Shown here in pieces: positions 61,650 through 64,000 of a stretch of DNA of 64,000 nt. Position numbers and translations under genes: made by a program. Under the pieces are notes generated by a model. That model made no database searches. It saw only the letters and a program-made list of their open reading frames with translations, and was not told the DNA's origin. Numbering within the stretch: the first letter of the stretch is position 1; each line of letters begins with the position of its first letter. Source of the stretch: Eledone cirrhosa (taxonomy: Eukaryota); NCBI GenBank assembly GCA_964016885.1, contig OZ024741.1, forward strand, positions 194,184,001 through 194,248,000. Direction: 5' to 3'.

Positions 61650-64000
61650 ATGGCTAACATACCCCATCTCCCTCACGCCTCCCTGCACCTCCAACCCATC
61701 CTTCCCACCCACCAAACGTAATCCAAAACTTCAGAGTTGGTACCATGAATGTAGGCACTTTAAAAGGTCGCTCTAACGAGGTTGTAGAGATGCTTGAACG
61801 TAAGGAAGTTGATGCTTGTTGTGTCCAAGAGACTAGGTGGAGGGGTGGGTCTGCTAGATTCATTGTGGGTAAAAACGATGTTATAAACTTTTCTGGGTGG
61901 AAAATGACAATGGGTTGGGTGGAGTGGGAATTATGTTAGCAGAAAAAGGGGTAGATAAGGTAATTGACGTAAAAAGAGTGAACGACAGAATAATTAAAAT
62001 AAGACTTGTCCTAAATAAAACTACTGTGACAATAATATCCGCTTATACACGCCAATCTGGCTTACCTGATGTTATAAAAGACAGATTCTATGAGTCACTA
62101 ATGCTCCCTACCTCCCAAAATAACCAACAGTGACTACATAATTATTGCTGGTGACCTAAATAGTCACGTTGGTCAACATTGTGACGGCTATGACAGAATC
62201 CATGGAGGCTATGGGTTTGGTACAAATGAAAAAGGCTTCAGAATCCTGGAATTCTGTGACGCTAATAACCTAACTATCTGTAACACAAACTTCAAAAAAC
62301 GAGACAACCACTTGATCACCTATAGATCAGGGGAACATGCCAGTCAGATAGATTATATCCTTACCAGAAGATGTGACAGAGCGTCTGTTGTAAACACTAA
62401 ATCCCTCCCCCATGAAGAATGCACCTCCCAACATAGCCTCATAGTTAGTGACCTCATAGTCAGGATGAGACGTACTCGACAACAGAGGAGGACTACCTTG
62501 AGAAGAAGAATATGGAAGTTGAAGGACCCCACAGCCAGTAACAAATTTAAAAGCATATTACTTCATGCTTTTGACAGTAAGGAAGAGCAATTAGAGACGT
62601 ACAATATAGAGGAACAGTGGGTATTCCTGAAAGTTAACCTGCTGAAGGCGACAGATGAAATTTGTGGCTGGAGCAGACCTATAGGCAGGAGGAGAGTAGC
62701 GTGGTGGTGGAACAGTAAGGTGGAGGAGTCAATCAAGGCCAAAAAGCAGGCTTGGAAAGTATGGCGGGATGGGGGAAGTAGAGAACACTATCAAGTGGCC
62801 AGGAGGGAAGCTAGGAGACAAGTGTACCTTGCAAGAAGGGAAGCAGAGGAAAGGAAGTTCAAGCATGTTCTACAACGTGAGGACCAAAAACGTGAGGTGT
62901 TCAGGATTTCTAGACAATGTGTCAAGGAAAACCGTGATATTGTCGGGGAGAAGTGTGTCCGTAATGATGATGGTGTACTCGCCTTCACTGATGCTGATAA
63001 GAAGGTAGCTTGGAAGGGTCACTACGAGAGGCTACTAAATGAGGAGAATAAATGGGAAAAAGATCGTCTACCCCAAATCGATCCAATAGAGGGACCAGCA
63101 GTGCAAGTTAATGGTAGTATAATAAGTAAGGCAATCAAAGATATGAAGACAGGCAAAGCAGCTGGGCCTTCGGAGATAGTCGCTGAAATGCTGAAAGCAT
63201 CTGGATCGGTGGGACACACTATGGTCACTCGAATAATAAACCAAGTCATACAGAATGGGGTCATACCAAACGACTGGTATAGCAACATCATCATTAACTG
63301 CTACAAGGGTAAAGGAGATGCTCTAGATAGGGGAAACTATAGGGGCATTAAATAATTGACCAGGTCAAGAAGGTCACAGAAAGAGTTATAGCGCAACTAA
63401 TCAGAGAGCGAATTGATCTAGATGAAATGCAGTTTGGGTTTGTGTCAGGTAAAAGTACCACAGACGCTCTTTTCCTTGTACAAACAACTACAGGAGAAGT
63501 ACCTAGCTAAAAGTAAACCCCTATACTTAGCTTTTGTTGACTTGGAGAAAGCCTTTGCCAGAGTCCCCCGTTCGATTATCTGGTGAGCTCTTAGAAACCT
63601 AGGTGAAGATGAATGGCTTGTGAGAGCTATACAAGCCATGTATAAAGAAACAGTCAGCAAGATTAGAATTAACAACGAATATAGTGAAGAATTTAGTGTA
63701 AAAGTTGGTGTTCATCAGGGCTCTGTCCTTAGCCCCCTCCTATTTATTATTGCCCTTCAGGCTATAACAGAGGAGTTCAAGACCGGCTGGCCTTGGGAAC
63801 TTCTATATGCAGATGATCTAACGCTCATAGCTGAATCAAAAGGCCTTAAAGTTAACTTGTCTAAAACTAAAATTTCTAGTATGTAGGAAGGAAAATAGGG
63901 CACAAGTCCCCTCTGGGAAATGGCCATGCTCAGTGTGTAGGAAAGGAGTAGGCAGAAACTCCATTTTATGTCCCAAATGCAAAGTATGAGTGCATAAAAC
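61650..64000 (+). mobile_element. RTE LINE of the third family, running from the ORF start off the window edge; stops and frameshifts
   Basis: APE (MNVGTL, VQET, SQH) and RT (YADD) fragments in ORFs at 61745, 61897, 62312 and 63620. Confidence 0.93.

Overview
Eukaryotic, AT-rich, repeat-dense DNA. It is most likely an octopus or other cephalopod, inferred from the tRNA-derived SINE type, the abundant RTE LINEs with (GAT)n tails and the (TA)n microsatellites. The only host gene I can support is V-ATPase V1 subunit C (ATP6V1C1/Vha44-like) on the minus strand. It has a probable non-coding exon 1 near 45.6 kb and five coding exons (25653-25784, 25204-25271, 20902-20987, 13712-13806, 8190-8281), none of them in the ORF track. 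The gene continues off the left edge, across a >6.9-kb satellite with an 80-bp monomer and higher-order repeats. The rest is mobile DNA: one intact 1039-aa RTE LINE with a PHD finger inside the ORF plus many broken copies, CR1-like and CRE-like LINE fragments, Penelope-like elements (PLEs), two maT/mariner-type transposons, two Helitron remnants, TTAA MITEs, SINEs and a solo LTR. The most striking signal is a dense set of minimal type-I hammerhead ribozymes (about 12 complete or near-complete motifs). They occur in PLE ends and in tandem retrozyme-like units of 442, ~474 and ~706 bp. Alongside them are six unrelated fold-back palindromes in or beside (TA)n tracts, each with a one-sided tail. 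In five of the six, the turnaround lies upstream of the ribozyme's GAAA and the CUGANGA box is missing, which places it in the expected stem II. This suggests a ribozyme-structure-guided fold-back retrotransposition route. All calls were made by eye, with no database searches.
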